From NCBI GenBank assembly GCA_963848505.1, contig CAWKEB010000002.1:389832-453831 (forward strand): a stretch of DNA of 64,000 nucleotides. The letters run 5' to 3'. Under the pieces are notes generated by a model. The model was not told the DNA's origin, made no database searches, and saw nothing but the letters and a program-made list of their open reading frames with translations. Numbering within the stretch: position 1 is the first letter of the stretch; each line of letters opens with the position of its first letter. Positions 18,392 through 26,232 of this stretch are shown in pieces. Source of the DNA: Candidatus Krumholzibacteriia bacterium. GTDB lineage: Bacteria; Krumholzibacteriota; Krumholzibacteriia; LZORAL124-64-63. The translations under genes and the position numbers were made by a program.

Positions 18392-20710
18392 TCATGTCTC
18401 GACGGTATCGGCCACGACGCCCGTCGGTCCGGACTGGCCCGGCGAGACCGGCGACGAGCCGCCGGCGCCGCCGCTGCCGCCAACGCCACTGATGAAGGTG
18501 ATCGACGAGACGTCAGCCACCCCGCCGGTCATCGTACTGAGGATGCCGATGCTCGGGCCGCCCGGACCGCCGCCGCCGCCGCCGCCGTAGCCGCCGGCGC
18601 CGCCGTTGCCGCCATTGCCGCCAAGGCCGACGTCCGAGCAGTCCCGGCTGCCACCGTTGGCGCCGATGCCCCCAGCGCCACTGTTGCCGCCGGCACCGCC
18701 GGCGCCGCCGGCGCCGCCGGTGGCGGTGACGATGATGCAGTCGACGATCACCGGCGCGGAGTTTTCCAGCAGCAAGCCGAGAGAGGCGCCGCCGCCCCAC
18801 CCGCCGGTGCCCGGCTGGCCCGCCAAGCCGCCGCCGCCGCCGCCACCACCCGAGGCGCCGACGCCGTCGGGTACGATGATCCAATCCCCGGCCTTGCCGC
18901 CGCCGCCGCCGCCGCCACCGCCGCCCCGTCCGCCCTGGCCCGCGGTGCCGGAACCGGACACGGGGACCAGCCAGACGCCGACGAAACCGACGCTGCCGAG
19001 GGAGGTGCTGGCGCTGCCGCCCGCACCGTTCGCGCCGTCGGCGCCGTTCGTGCCACCACCGCCGTTCGATCCCTGAACATCTGTGTCGCCGCCGAAGCCG
19101 CCACTGCCGCCGCCGGATCCGGTGGCGCCGAAGCCCCCGTCCGTGCCGTTGCCGCCGGCGTTGCCGCCGTGTCCGCCTGAACCGCCGGCGAAGGCGCCGC
19201 TGCCTCCGCTGCCGCCGATCCGGGCCGGCGCGTTGCCACAGATGCCGGCCAGGCCGACGTTGCCGTTGCCGCCGGCGCCTCCCGACGCACCAGGCGAGCC
19301 GGCATTCCCCGGCGCGCCGTCGCCGGCGGTGAACTGGCAACCGATGAACTCGACGAACGATCCGCAGTCCACCAGGCTGACCGCAACCGAAGCCTCCCCG
19401 GGGATGACCCCGTCGGCGGCTTCCACGTGCAGGCCTTCGATGTGCGTCCCCACGGAGAGATTCATGCCGAGCAGCGGCCGCCTGCCGCCCGTGACGTGAG
19501 AATAGCCGGGCGTGTCGCTCCAGGTGAGGGCATCGCGCCCGCCGTAGATCCCGATGCCGCCGACCAGGTTCAAGGCGCCGTCGTATTCGCCGACGGCCAC
19601 CAGCACCGAGTCCAGTTCAGCCGCCTGCGCCAGCGCCAGACCCTTGACGATCGAGCGCACCGGCTCTGTCGCCGTGCCCTCGTTGTCGTCGCTGCCGATC
19701 GGCGAGACGAAGATGGCGTTGGTGGGCAGCGTCACCACGGTCACCTGGACCACGGCCAGTCCGAAGCCGCCCTGGTCGTCGGTAACCCGCAATTTGGCCA
19801 GATACTGGCCCGCGGCGGGGTAGGTGAAGGATGTTGCCGCACCGGCGCCCGACGACCAGTCGAAGACGCCGTCGTTCTGGAAATCCCAATCCCACAACGC
19901 GACGGTGCCGTCGACGTCATGCGCGCTGCCGCTGAACGAGGTCGGCGCCCCTTCGATTTCCAGCGTGGCGCCGAGGCTGTCGACCACCGGCGGGATGTTG
20001 GCGCTCAGGCGCAGGAACAGGGAGCTCGCCGTCGTCGAGTCGCCGGCGGCCGTGAGAATCGCCGACGTCGCGTCGTCGAGATGGCCGGGATACGTCGCGT
20101 GCACTGGCCGCACGCCGATGGGCACGCCGGTCAGGCTGTAACCGCCCACGGCGTCAGTGACCGCCACGTAGGAGGTGCCGTCGACGAAGACGAGAGTGCC
20201 GTTCTGGTCGAGTGCGTTCTCGCGCGTGGCGCTCCCCAGGATCGTGCCCGTGGGCATGAGCTGGATATCCACCACCGTCGTGTCGGCCTTGTCCGCCGCC
20301 GCCTGGCTGATGGTCAGGTGGTCGCTGGAGCCCGCATGGTCGCGCAGGCTGGTGGTCAATAGGTAGTCCCCCGCCGCCAAGGCGTCGAACGCGTAGCGTC
20401 CGGCGGCGTCGGCCACCGCCGTGCGCACGCGGCCGCTCTTGGCGGCGTCCAGCGCGTCCCACGGACCCGTGCGGGCGGCGACCGAGGCGGCGCGTCCGGC
20501 GACCATGAATTCGAGCGTGACCACGGCGTCGGGCGCCGCGCCGCCCTGGACGGCGCGGACCTGCCCGGTGACGACGGCGCCGCCCGGCTGTTCGATGTCC
20601 CGCAGATTGCCGGGATCGGCCAGTCCTGAACAACCGGCCAGCGCGGCGAGGGCGAGGATCGCCGCCGACAGAAGCAGCCAACGTTGTTTCTGGCGCGTTT
20701 GCGGTCTCAT
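18392..20710 (-). CDS. lipoprotein with CarbopepD_reg-like domains, a PKD-like domain, a DUF1565-like segment and a roughly 300-aa glycine-rich tail
   Basis: ATG at 20710 gives MRPQTRQKQRWLLLSAAILALAALAGCSG. Domain cues are GRYAFDALAAGDYLL, a PKD-like WDWDFQNDG...YLAKLRVTDDQGG, and AIFVSPIGSDDNEGTATEPVRSI. GGxGGxG-type repeats then run to the stop. Confidence 0.75.
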   Translation of the reverse strand: MRPQTRQKQRWLLLSAAILALAALAGCSGLADPGNLRDIEQPGGAVVTGQVRAVQGGAAPDAVVTLEFMVAGRAASVAARTGPWDALDAAKSGRVRTAVADAAGRYAFDALAAGDYLLTTSLRDHAGSSDHLTISQAAADKADTTVVDIQLMPTGTILGSATRENALDQNGTLVFVDGTSYVAVTDAVGGYSLTGVPIGVRPVHATYPGHLDDATSAILTAAGDSTTASSLFLRLSANIPPVVDSLGATLEIEGAPTSFSGSAHDVDGTVALWDWDFQNDGVFDWSSGAGAATSFTYPAAGQYLAKLRVTDDQGGFGLAVVQVTVVTLPTNAIFVSPIGSDDNEGTATEPVRSIVKGLALAQAAELDSVLVAVGEYDGALNLVGGIGIYGGRDALTWSDTPGYSHVTGGRRPLLGMNLSVGTHIEGLHVEAADGVIPGEASVAVSLVDCGSFVEFIGCQFTAGDGAPGNAGSPGASGGAGGNGNVGLAGICGNAPARIGGSGGSGAFAGGSGGHGGNAGGNGTDGGFGATGSGGGSGGFGGDTDVQGSNGGGGTNGADGANGAGGSASTSLGSVGFVGVWLVPVSGSGTAGQGGRGGGGGGGGGGKAGDWIIVPDGVGASGGGGGGGGLAGQPGTGGWGGGASLGLLLENSAPVIVDCIIVTATGGAGGAGGAGGNSGAGGIGANGGSRDCSDVGLGGNGGNGGAGGYGGGGGGGPGGPSIGILSTMTGGVADVSSITFISGVGGSGGAGGSSPVSPGQSGPTGVVADTVET
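18440..19330 (-). repeat. glycine-rich low-complexity coding repeat (GGC/GCC-rich)
   Basis: All three minus frames and the plus frames stay open here. The frame contiguous with the N-terminal domains encodes GGAGGNG/GGSGG runs. Confidence 0.7.
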
Positions 20711-20748
20711 GTCCGATCCTTTCGAATCGCCGGGCCAGCGGGTCACGA

Positions 20749-21378
20749 CTAGCGGGTCACGATGAGAGAGCGGGTCGTTTGCGCTTCGCCCGAGCGCGCG
20801 CGGATCAGGTAGACGCCGGCCGGCGCGGTCCTGCCGTCGCTGTTGCGACCGTCCCAGGCATATTCGTGGACGCCCGCGTCGATGGACGCGGCGGCCCAGG
20901 CCCGCACCAGCCGACCGCGGGCGTCGTAGATGCGCAGGTCCACCGGCGACGGGCGTGCCACCTGCAGGCGCAGCTTCACGTCGCCGGACGCGGGGTTCGG
21001 CCACGGCGGATCGAAGGTGAGGGCGGCCGGCGCCAGGGCGACCGGCACTTCCGAGGTGACGTCGCTGGCGACCACGCCGTTCACATAGGCCGTCAGGTAG
21101 CGCTCGACGCGGAATTCTAGCGTGTAGGTGCCGGGGGCCAGTCCGTCGATGCACCAGGCGCCGTCCGTGCCGCTGACGGCCAGCACACCGGCGTACTGGC
21201 CGGCCGGCTCGCGCACGAAGATCCCGGCGCCGGCCACGGGCAGCCCGGTGGCGGCATCGCGGACCAGGCCGCAAATGGTGCCCGCGAAGCCGGGCGCGGC
21301 GCACAGGAGCAGAAGCAGCAGGGCCAGACCCGGCAAGCCGGCGGGGCCATGGCGGCGGGCAGCGTCGAGACGGCGCAT
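20749..21378 (-). CDS. secreted CarbopepD_reg-like protein with a T9SS/FlgD-Ig-type C-terminal domain
   Basis: ATG at 21378 follows GGGAGG. There is a signal peptide and a GTICGLVRDAATGLPVAGA motif. The C-terminus is PNPASGDVKLRLQV...GVYLIRARS...SLIVTR. Confidence 0.8.
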   Translation of the reverse strand: MRRLDAARRHGPAGLPGLALLLLLLCAAPGFAGTICGLVRDAATGLPVAGAGIFVREPAGQYAGVLAVSGTDGAWCIDGLAPGTYTLEFRVERYLTAYVNGVVASDVTSEVPVALAPAALTFDPPWPNPASGDVKLRLQVARPSPVDLRIYDARGRLVRAWAAASIDAGVHEYAWDGRNSDGRTAPAGVYLIRARSGEAQTTRSLIVTR

Positions 21379-21762
21379 GGAGAACCTCCCTACTTCCGGC
21401 AAGCATGACCGGATTCAGAGCATATCATATCAACGATAAATTTTGTCCGATATTTATGCACCCTCAGGGTTTTCCCCTGTGTGAACCAGAATGATCCCAT
21501 GCACGATTCCGAGACTCAGAGGCAACGTCGTGCGGTTCTGGCGGACGGTCGGGCCTCTCTCCGCATCTCTCAACCCAGCGAGATTCCAGGTACGAAATAT
21601 CGCCCCCGTAACTAACCGCGTGGCAAACAGTTAATTAGGCCCCGATTCAAACAGAACCACGGCCGGCGTCAACCTCTCGCGACACGATCTCCACGCCCCC
21701 GCCACCCGCCTCCCCGAGTAGGGCGCGCTGCGTGACTCGAAAGAGAGAGAAATCGGACGTTT

Positions 21763-21990
21763 CTATTTCCAAAGCGCCTTGAGATCTCCCCAGGTTGTGG
21801 ATTCGGACGGGACGGATTGGCCGGCAAACGGACTATACAGAACTGTGGCTCCGATACTCGGATTATCGCTGCGGTCGGTGATCCAGGACCGGATGGTCGC
21901 CTCATCGGTGGTGCCCCAGTGATTGTCGCCAAAACCGTAGGTGATGGATGTCCATCTGGACCCGTTGAAGTCGCAATCGACAACGGGCAA
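21763..21990 (-). pseudogene. probable 3' fragment of a WG-K-tagged secreted protein gene (ends STTWGDLKALWK)
   Basis: The frame is open only from 22020. There is no ATG or GTG (only a TTG at 21990), no signal peptide and no SD. Codons are lower in GC than in the neighbours. Confidence 0.4.
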
Positions 21991-21998
21991 GAATATCG

Positions 21999-22027
21999 TT
22001 GCGGTTGCATCATAACCAGCTTACGAT
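21999..22027 (+). promoter_or_regulatory. candidate promoter TTGCGG-N17-TACGAT, placed for a leaderless transcript of the 22034 gene
   Basis: The -10 box ends 6 nt before the ATG at 22034, and there is no SD upstream of that ATG. Confidence 0.3.
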
Positions 22028-22033
22028 AATGAC

Positions 22034-22300
22034 ATGGACGATGCGATCCGCAAGTACATGGCCGCCATCGGCCGGAAAGGCGGTGCCCGCAGCCGCCGGG
22101 AACTCAGCGCCGAGCAGGCCCGCCGGATGGTCCGGGTGCGCGAGGCACGCCGGGCCTACCGGACGTTCCACGCCCGGTGTTTCTGGTCGTATCAACCGGA
22201 CCTGGCCATCGGCCCGGACGACGTGGCCTGGGTCGCCGAGCAGTTGATGAAGCACGGCGATCGCCGCGCATGGGAGAAGGGGGCCAGCCTGTGCCGCTGA
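22034..22300 (+). CDS. small putative antitoxin/DNA-binding partner of the downstream nucleotidyltransferase
   Basis: 88 aa. A basic N-terminus (AAIGRKGGARSRREL) is followed by CFWSYQPDLAIGPDDVAWVAEQLMKHGDRRAW. From memory this resembles the fWdvd...d.ii.rvL..G....W motif of partners of DUF1814/AbiEii genes. It overlaps the next gene. Confidence 0.5.
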   Translation: MDDAIRKYMAAIGRKGGARSRRELSAEQARRMVRVREARRAYRTFHARCFWSYQPDLAIGPDDVAWVAEQLMKHGDRRAWEKGASLCR

Positions 22301-23086
22301 CCGGATTCCAGGCCGAACTGGGGCGGCTGCTGGCAGCCAACCGCAGCGAGGACAGCTACCTGGCAGGCGGGGCCGCCATCCTCGCCGAGCCCCACAGCCG
22401 CCGCTACAGCCGCCATCTCGACTACTTCCACGACAGCGCCGAGCGTGTGGCCTCGGCCTTCGCCGCGGACCAGCGACTGCTGGTGGATTCCGGTTGCGCC
22501 GTGGACATGGAGATCAGCCAGCCGGGCTACATCAGGACGGTGGTGCGGCGGGGCGCCGAGGCGACGAAGATCGAGTGGGCGCAGGACTCGACCTGGCGGT
22601 TCATGCCCGTCATGCGCAGCGAGATCTTCGGCTACCAGCTGCACCCGGTGGACCTGGCCACCAACAAGGTGTTGGCCCTGGCCGGCCGCGACGAGCCGCG
22701 GGACCTGGTCGACACCCTGTTCGTGCACGACACCCTGCTGCCGCTGGGCAGTCTGGTCTGGGCGGCCGCCGGCAAGGATCCGGGCTATTCGCCCCTGTCG
22801 CTGCTGGAGATGCTGCGCCGTCGGGGGCGCGTCCGGCCGGAGGACCTGCGGCGGCTGGATCTGGCCGGGGACCTGGACGTCGACGCAGCTCAAGGCGGAC
22901 TGGGACAGCGCGCAGCAGGCGGCCGAGGCGTTCGTCCGGAGCCGGCCGGCGGCCGAAGCAGGGTGCCTGTACTGGTCGCCGTCGGCATGGGCATTCATTT
23001 TGCCCACCGCGGACGAGGGTGGCGACGCCGTGCCGCACTTCGGCCGGCCGGGCGGGGTGCTGCCGCGGGTGCTGGAACCCGACTAG
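22291..23086 (+). pseudogene. AbiEii/DUF1814-like nucleotidyltransferase (type IV TA toxin family) with a +1 frameshift near 22880
   Basis: The first frame reads ...YLAGGAAILAEPHSRRYSRHLDYFHD...NKVLALAGRDEPRDLVDTLF...RRLDLAGDLDVD. The reading then continues only in the next frame (QLKADWDSAQQAAEAF...VLEPD, stop at 23086). The start is GTG 22291 (after GGGAGAAGGGGG) or ATG 22270. Confidence 0.55.
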
Positions 23087-23148
23087 ATACGATCCGGCGC
23101 GGATCGTGCAAGCCGGCCCGCTCTCTTGGTCTTCGGATCAGTCGCCTG

Positions 23149-24669
23149 CTAGAACCCCGTCGTCATCATCTCGATCGCCCGGTCGGCCAGGTCGGTGAAG
23201 CGGCCGAAAAACAGGCCCAGGCCCACCGTCGGCAGCGCCAGCACCGCCAGCAGCGCGTACTGCAGCCAGTGCAGCTTCAGCGGCGAGGTGTCCGCACCCT
23301 CGGCCGGGCGCATCAGGAACATCACCTTCACCACCCGGAAGTAGTAGTAGAGGCTGACCACGCTGTTCAGGGCGGCGAGGATCGCCAGCCAGAACCACTG
23401 CTTGTCCAGGACGGCCATGAACAGGTACCACTTGCCGACGAAGCCCGCGAACGGCGGAATGCCGGTCAGCGAGCCCAGGAAGATCACCATCATCACGCCC
23501 GCCCAGGGCGCGCGGAAGCCCAGGCCCACGTAGTCGTCCAGGTGCTCGCTCTTGAGGTGGTTGTTGATGGCCACCACGAAGAGGAAGGCGCCCAGGTTCA
23601 TCAGGGCGTAGACCAGCAGGTAGAAGAGGATGGCCTGCAGGCCGGCATCGGTCAGCAGCACGAAGCCCATCAGCAGGTAGCCCACGTGGGCGATGCTGGA
23701 GTAGGCCAGCATGCGCTTGACGTTGTCCTGGCGCAGGGCCACCAGGTTGCCGTAGGTCATGGTCACCGCGGACATCACCGCCAGCAGCAGCGGCCAGTTG
23801 ATCTGCTGCACCAACGAGGCCGAGGCCGCCGCGTCCGGCCCCGCGGCCAGGGTGGTGTAGAAGAAGCGGATCATCAGGGCGAAGCCCGCGGCCTTGGGCC
23901 CCACCGAGAACAGGGCGCTGACCGGGGTCGGCGCGCCCTCGTAGACGTCCGGAGCCCAGTAGTGGAAGGGCACCGCGGCGATCTTGTAGCTCATGCCGGC
24001 AATGACCAGGATCACCGCCACCAGCAGGCCGAAGGGCTCGACCCCGCCGGCCATCAGCCCCTCGCGGATGCCGGCGAACTGCAGCGAACCGGTCATGCCG
24101 TAGAGCAGGGTCAGGCCGTAGAGCATGATCGCGCTGCTGACGGCGCCGAAGATCACGTACTTCAGGCTGGCCTCCGTGCTGCGCAGGCTGGTGCGCATGA
24201 ACCCGGCCATCACGTAGCTGACGATGCCCACGGCCTCCATCGAGAGGAAGAGCATCAGCAGGTCCTTGGCCTCGGCCATCACGCACATGCCGGCGGTCAT
24301 CAGCACCGTCAGCGCGTAGAACTCGCCCTTGTTCTCCCGGGCGGGCCCCATGATCTCCTCGGAGGTCCAGGCGAAGAGCACCGTGACCAGGCCGACGAAG
24401 ATGAACAGCAGGCGGAAGTAGGCGGCCAGGCCGTCGACAACCACCAGGTCGCCCATGATGGTGTGCGTGCCCGGGTCCAGCGCCGCCACGGCATAGGCCC
24501 CGGCGGTGACCAGGCCGAACACCGTGACCGCGAACGGCACCCAGGGCCGCCGGCCGCGCACCAGCAGGTCGCCCAGCAGGGCCGCCAGGAAGGTGCCGCA
24601 GAGGATCGCCTCGGGACGCCACCAGGCCAGGTCCGACCAGTCCGGGATGTTCAGGTTCAACAGTTCCAT
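23149..24669 (-). CDS. nuoN: NADH-quinone oxidoreductase subunit N
   Basis: A 506-aa polytopic antiporter-like subunit. It is the last gene of the nuo operon. GAGGAG lies upstream. Confidence 0.93.
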   Translation of the reverse strand: MELLNLNIPDWSDLAWWRPEAILCGTFLAALLGDLLVRGRRPWVPFAVTVFGLVTAGAYAVAALDPGTHTIMGDLVVVDGLAAYFRLLFIFVGLVTVLFAWTSEEIMGPARENKGEFYALTVLMTAGMCVMAEAKDLLMLFLSMEAVGIVSYVMAGFMRTSLRSTEASLKYVIFGAVSSAIMLYGLTLLYGMTGSLQFAGIREGLMAGGVEPFGLLVAVILVIAGMSYKIAAVPFHYWAPDVYEGAPTPVSALFSVGPKAAGFALMIRFFYTTLAAGPDAAASASLVQQINWPLLLAVMSAVTMTYGNLVALRQDNVKRMLAYSSIAHVGYLLMGFVLLTDAGLQAILFYLLVYALMNLGAFLFVVAINNHLKSEHLDDYVGLGFRAPWAGVMMVIFLGSLTGIPPFAGFVGKWYLFMAVLDKQWFWLAILAALNSVVSLYYYFRVVKVMFLMRPAEGADTSPLKLHWLQYALLAVLALPTVGLGLFFGRFTDLADRAIEMMTTGF

Positions 24670-24696
24670 CGAGGAAGACTCCTCAGGCTGCGCCGC

Positions 24697-26193
24697 CTAG
24701 CCGGCCACGACCTTGATCAGGTTGTTCAGGGTCACCTTCATCAGATCCAGCACGGGCATGGGGTACACGCCCAGCACCAGCACCAGGATGCCGATCGGCA
24801 CCAGGGTGAAGAGCTCGCGGGTGCTGATGTCGGGCAGGCTGTCGTACTTGTCGTTCTTCGGGCCCAGGAACACCCGCTGCAGCATCCACAGCACGTAGGC
24901 CGCGCCGATGATCAGGCCCAGGGCGCTGACGATGGCCACGGTCCGGTAGACCGGGAAGATGCCCATGAAGATCATGGCTTCGCCCACGAAGCCGCTGAGG
25001 CCGGGCAGGCCCAGGGCGGCGAACAGCGCGAAGCTGAAGACGCTGGTGTAGATGGGCATCTGCAGGCCCAGGCCGCCGAAGCCGTTGATGTCGCGGTGGT
25101 GGGCGCGGTCGTAGATCACGCCCACGCAGAGGAACATCATGGCCGTGATGGTGCCGTGGTTGAACATCTGCAGCACGGCGCCGTTGATGCCGGCCTCGGT
25201 GAAGGCCGCCATGCCCAGCAGCACGTAGCCCATGTGGCTGACCGACGAGTAGGCCACCAGCTTCTTCATGTCGGTCTGGGCCATGGCGCAGTAGGCGCCG
25301 TAGAGGATGTTGATCGCGCCCAGGATCGCCAGCGGGAAGGCGAACCACAGCGCCGCGTCGGGCAGGATCGGGTAGCTGATGCGCAGGATGCCGTAGGTCC
25401 CCATCTTCAGCAGCACGCCGGCCAGGATGACGGACACGGCCGTGGGCGCCTCCACGTGCGCGTCGGGCAACCAGGTGTGGAACGGGAAGATGGGCACCTT
25501 GATGGCGAAGCCGATGAACAGCCCGATCCACAGCAGGTGGCGGATGTTCGTGGCCTGCAGCCAGGGGCCGTGGTTGGCCTGGTCGAACATGTGCAGCATG
25601 TTGAAGGTGTGGCCGCCGGTCACGGGGTCCTGCACGTTCAGGTAGAGGGCGATCATCGCCAGCAGCATCAGCACCGAGCCGGCCAGCGTGTAGAGGAAGA
25701 ACTTGATCGCCGCATACTCGCGCCGCGGGCCGCCCCAGATGCCGATCAGGAAGTACATGGGCAGCAGCATCACTTCCCAGAACACGTAGAACAGGAAGAA
25801 GTCGAGCGCCATGAACACGCCGAACATGCCGGTCTCGAGCAGCAGGAAGAGGGCGAAGTAGCCCTTGACCGCCTTCTCGATGTTCCAGGAGGCGATGATG
25901 CACAGGAACGAGAGCAGCGCCGTCAGCAGCACCATGGGCACGGACAGGCCGTCGATGCCCATGAAGTACTCGATGTTGAAGCTCTTGATCCAGGTGTAGT
26001 GCTCCACGAACTGGAAGGCCGACGAGCCCCGGTCGAAGTTCATGAACAGCTGGAAGGCCAGGATCAGGGGGACGGCGGCGGCGGCGGCGGCGGCCGTCTT
26101 GATGACCTCTTTCCGCTCCGAAGGAATGAAAGCGATCACAGCCGCCCCGATGACCGGGAAGAAGGTCATCCAGGAAAGAATGTGCTCACCCAT
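24697..26193 (-). CDS. nuoM: NADH-quinone oxidoreductase subunit M
   Basis: A 498-aa antiporter-like subunit with motifs such as WLPDAHVEAPT. Confidence 0.95.
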   Translation of the reverse strand: MGEHILSWMTFFPVIGAAVIAFIPSERKEVIKTAAAAAAAVPLILAFQLFMNFDRGSSAFQFVEHYTWIKSFNIEYFMGIDGLSVPMVLLTALLSFLCIIASWNIEKAVKGYFALFLLLETGMFGVFMALDFFLFYVFWEVMLLPMYFLIGIWGGPRREYAAIKFFLYTLAGSVLMLLAMIALYLNVQDPVTGGHTFNMLHMFDQANHGPWLQATNIRHLLWIGLFIGFAIKVPIFPFHTWLPDAHVEAPTAVSVILAGVLLKMGTYGILRISYPILPDAALWFAFPLAILGAINILYGAYCAMAQTDMKKLVAYSSVSHMGYVLLGMAAFTEAGINGAVLQMFNHGTITAMMFLCVGVIYDRAHHRDINGFGGLGLQMPIYTSVFSFALFAALGLPGLSGFVGEAMIFMGIFPVYRTVAIVSALGLIIGAAYVLWMLQRVFLGPKNDKYDSLPDISTRELFTLVPIGILVLVLGVYPMPVLDLMKVTLNNLIKVVAG

Positions 26194-26232
26194 GCGTGGC
26201 GCTCCTCTCGGGTGTTGGCAACAATCCCTGCA

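Noticed and set aside
19060-19080. tRNA T-loop-like GTTCGATCCC
   Set aside because: It lies inside the glycine-rich coding region, with no acceptor or anticodon arms around it. I saw no convincing tRNA anywhere in the intergenic spacers.
18440-19330. Repetitive GGC/GCC-rich region and the 9-bp repeat at 50413-50468, considered as possible CRISPR or other non-coding arrays
   Set aside because: There is no repeat-spacer structure. Both are in frame within well-supported genes and encode Gly-rich and Lys/Asp-rich peptide repeats.
21400-21762. Lower-GC 360-bp spacer examined for an ncRNA (tmRNA, 6S, RNase P, SRP, riboswitch)
   Set aside because: I could not recognise any conserved core motif or convincing structure by eye. 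It remains an unannotated promoter or spacer region.
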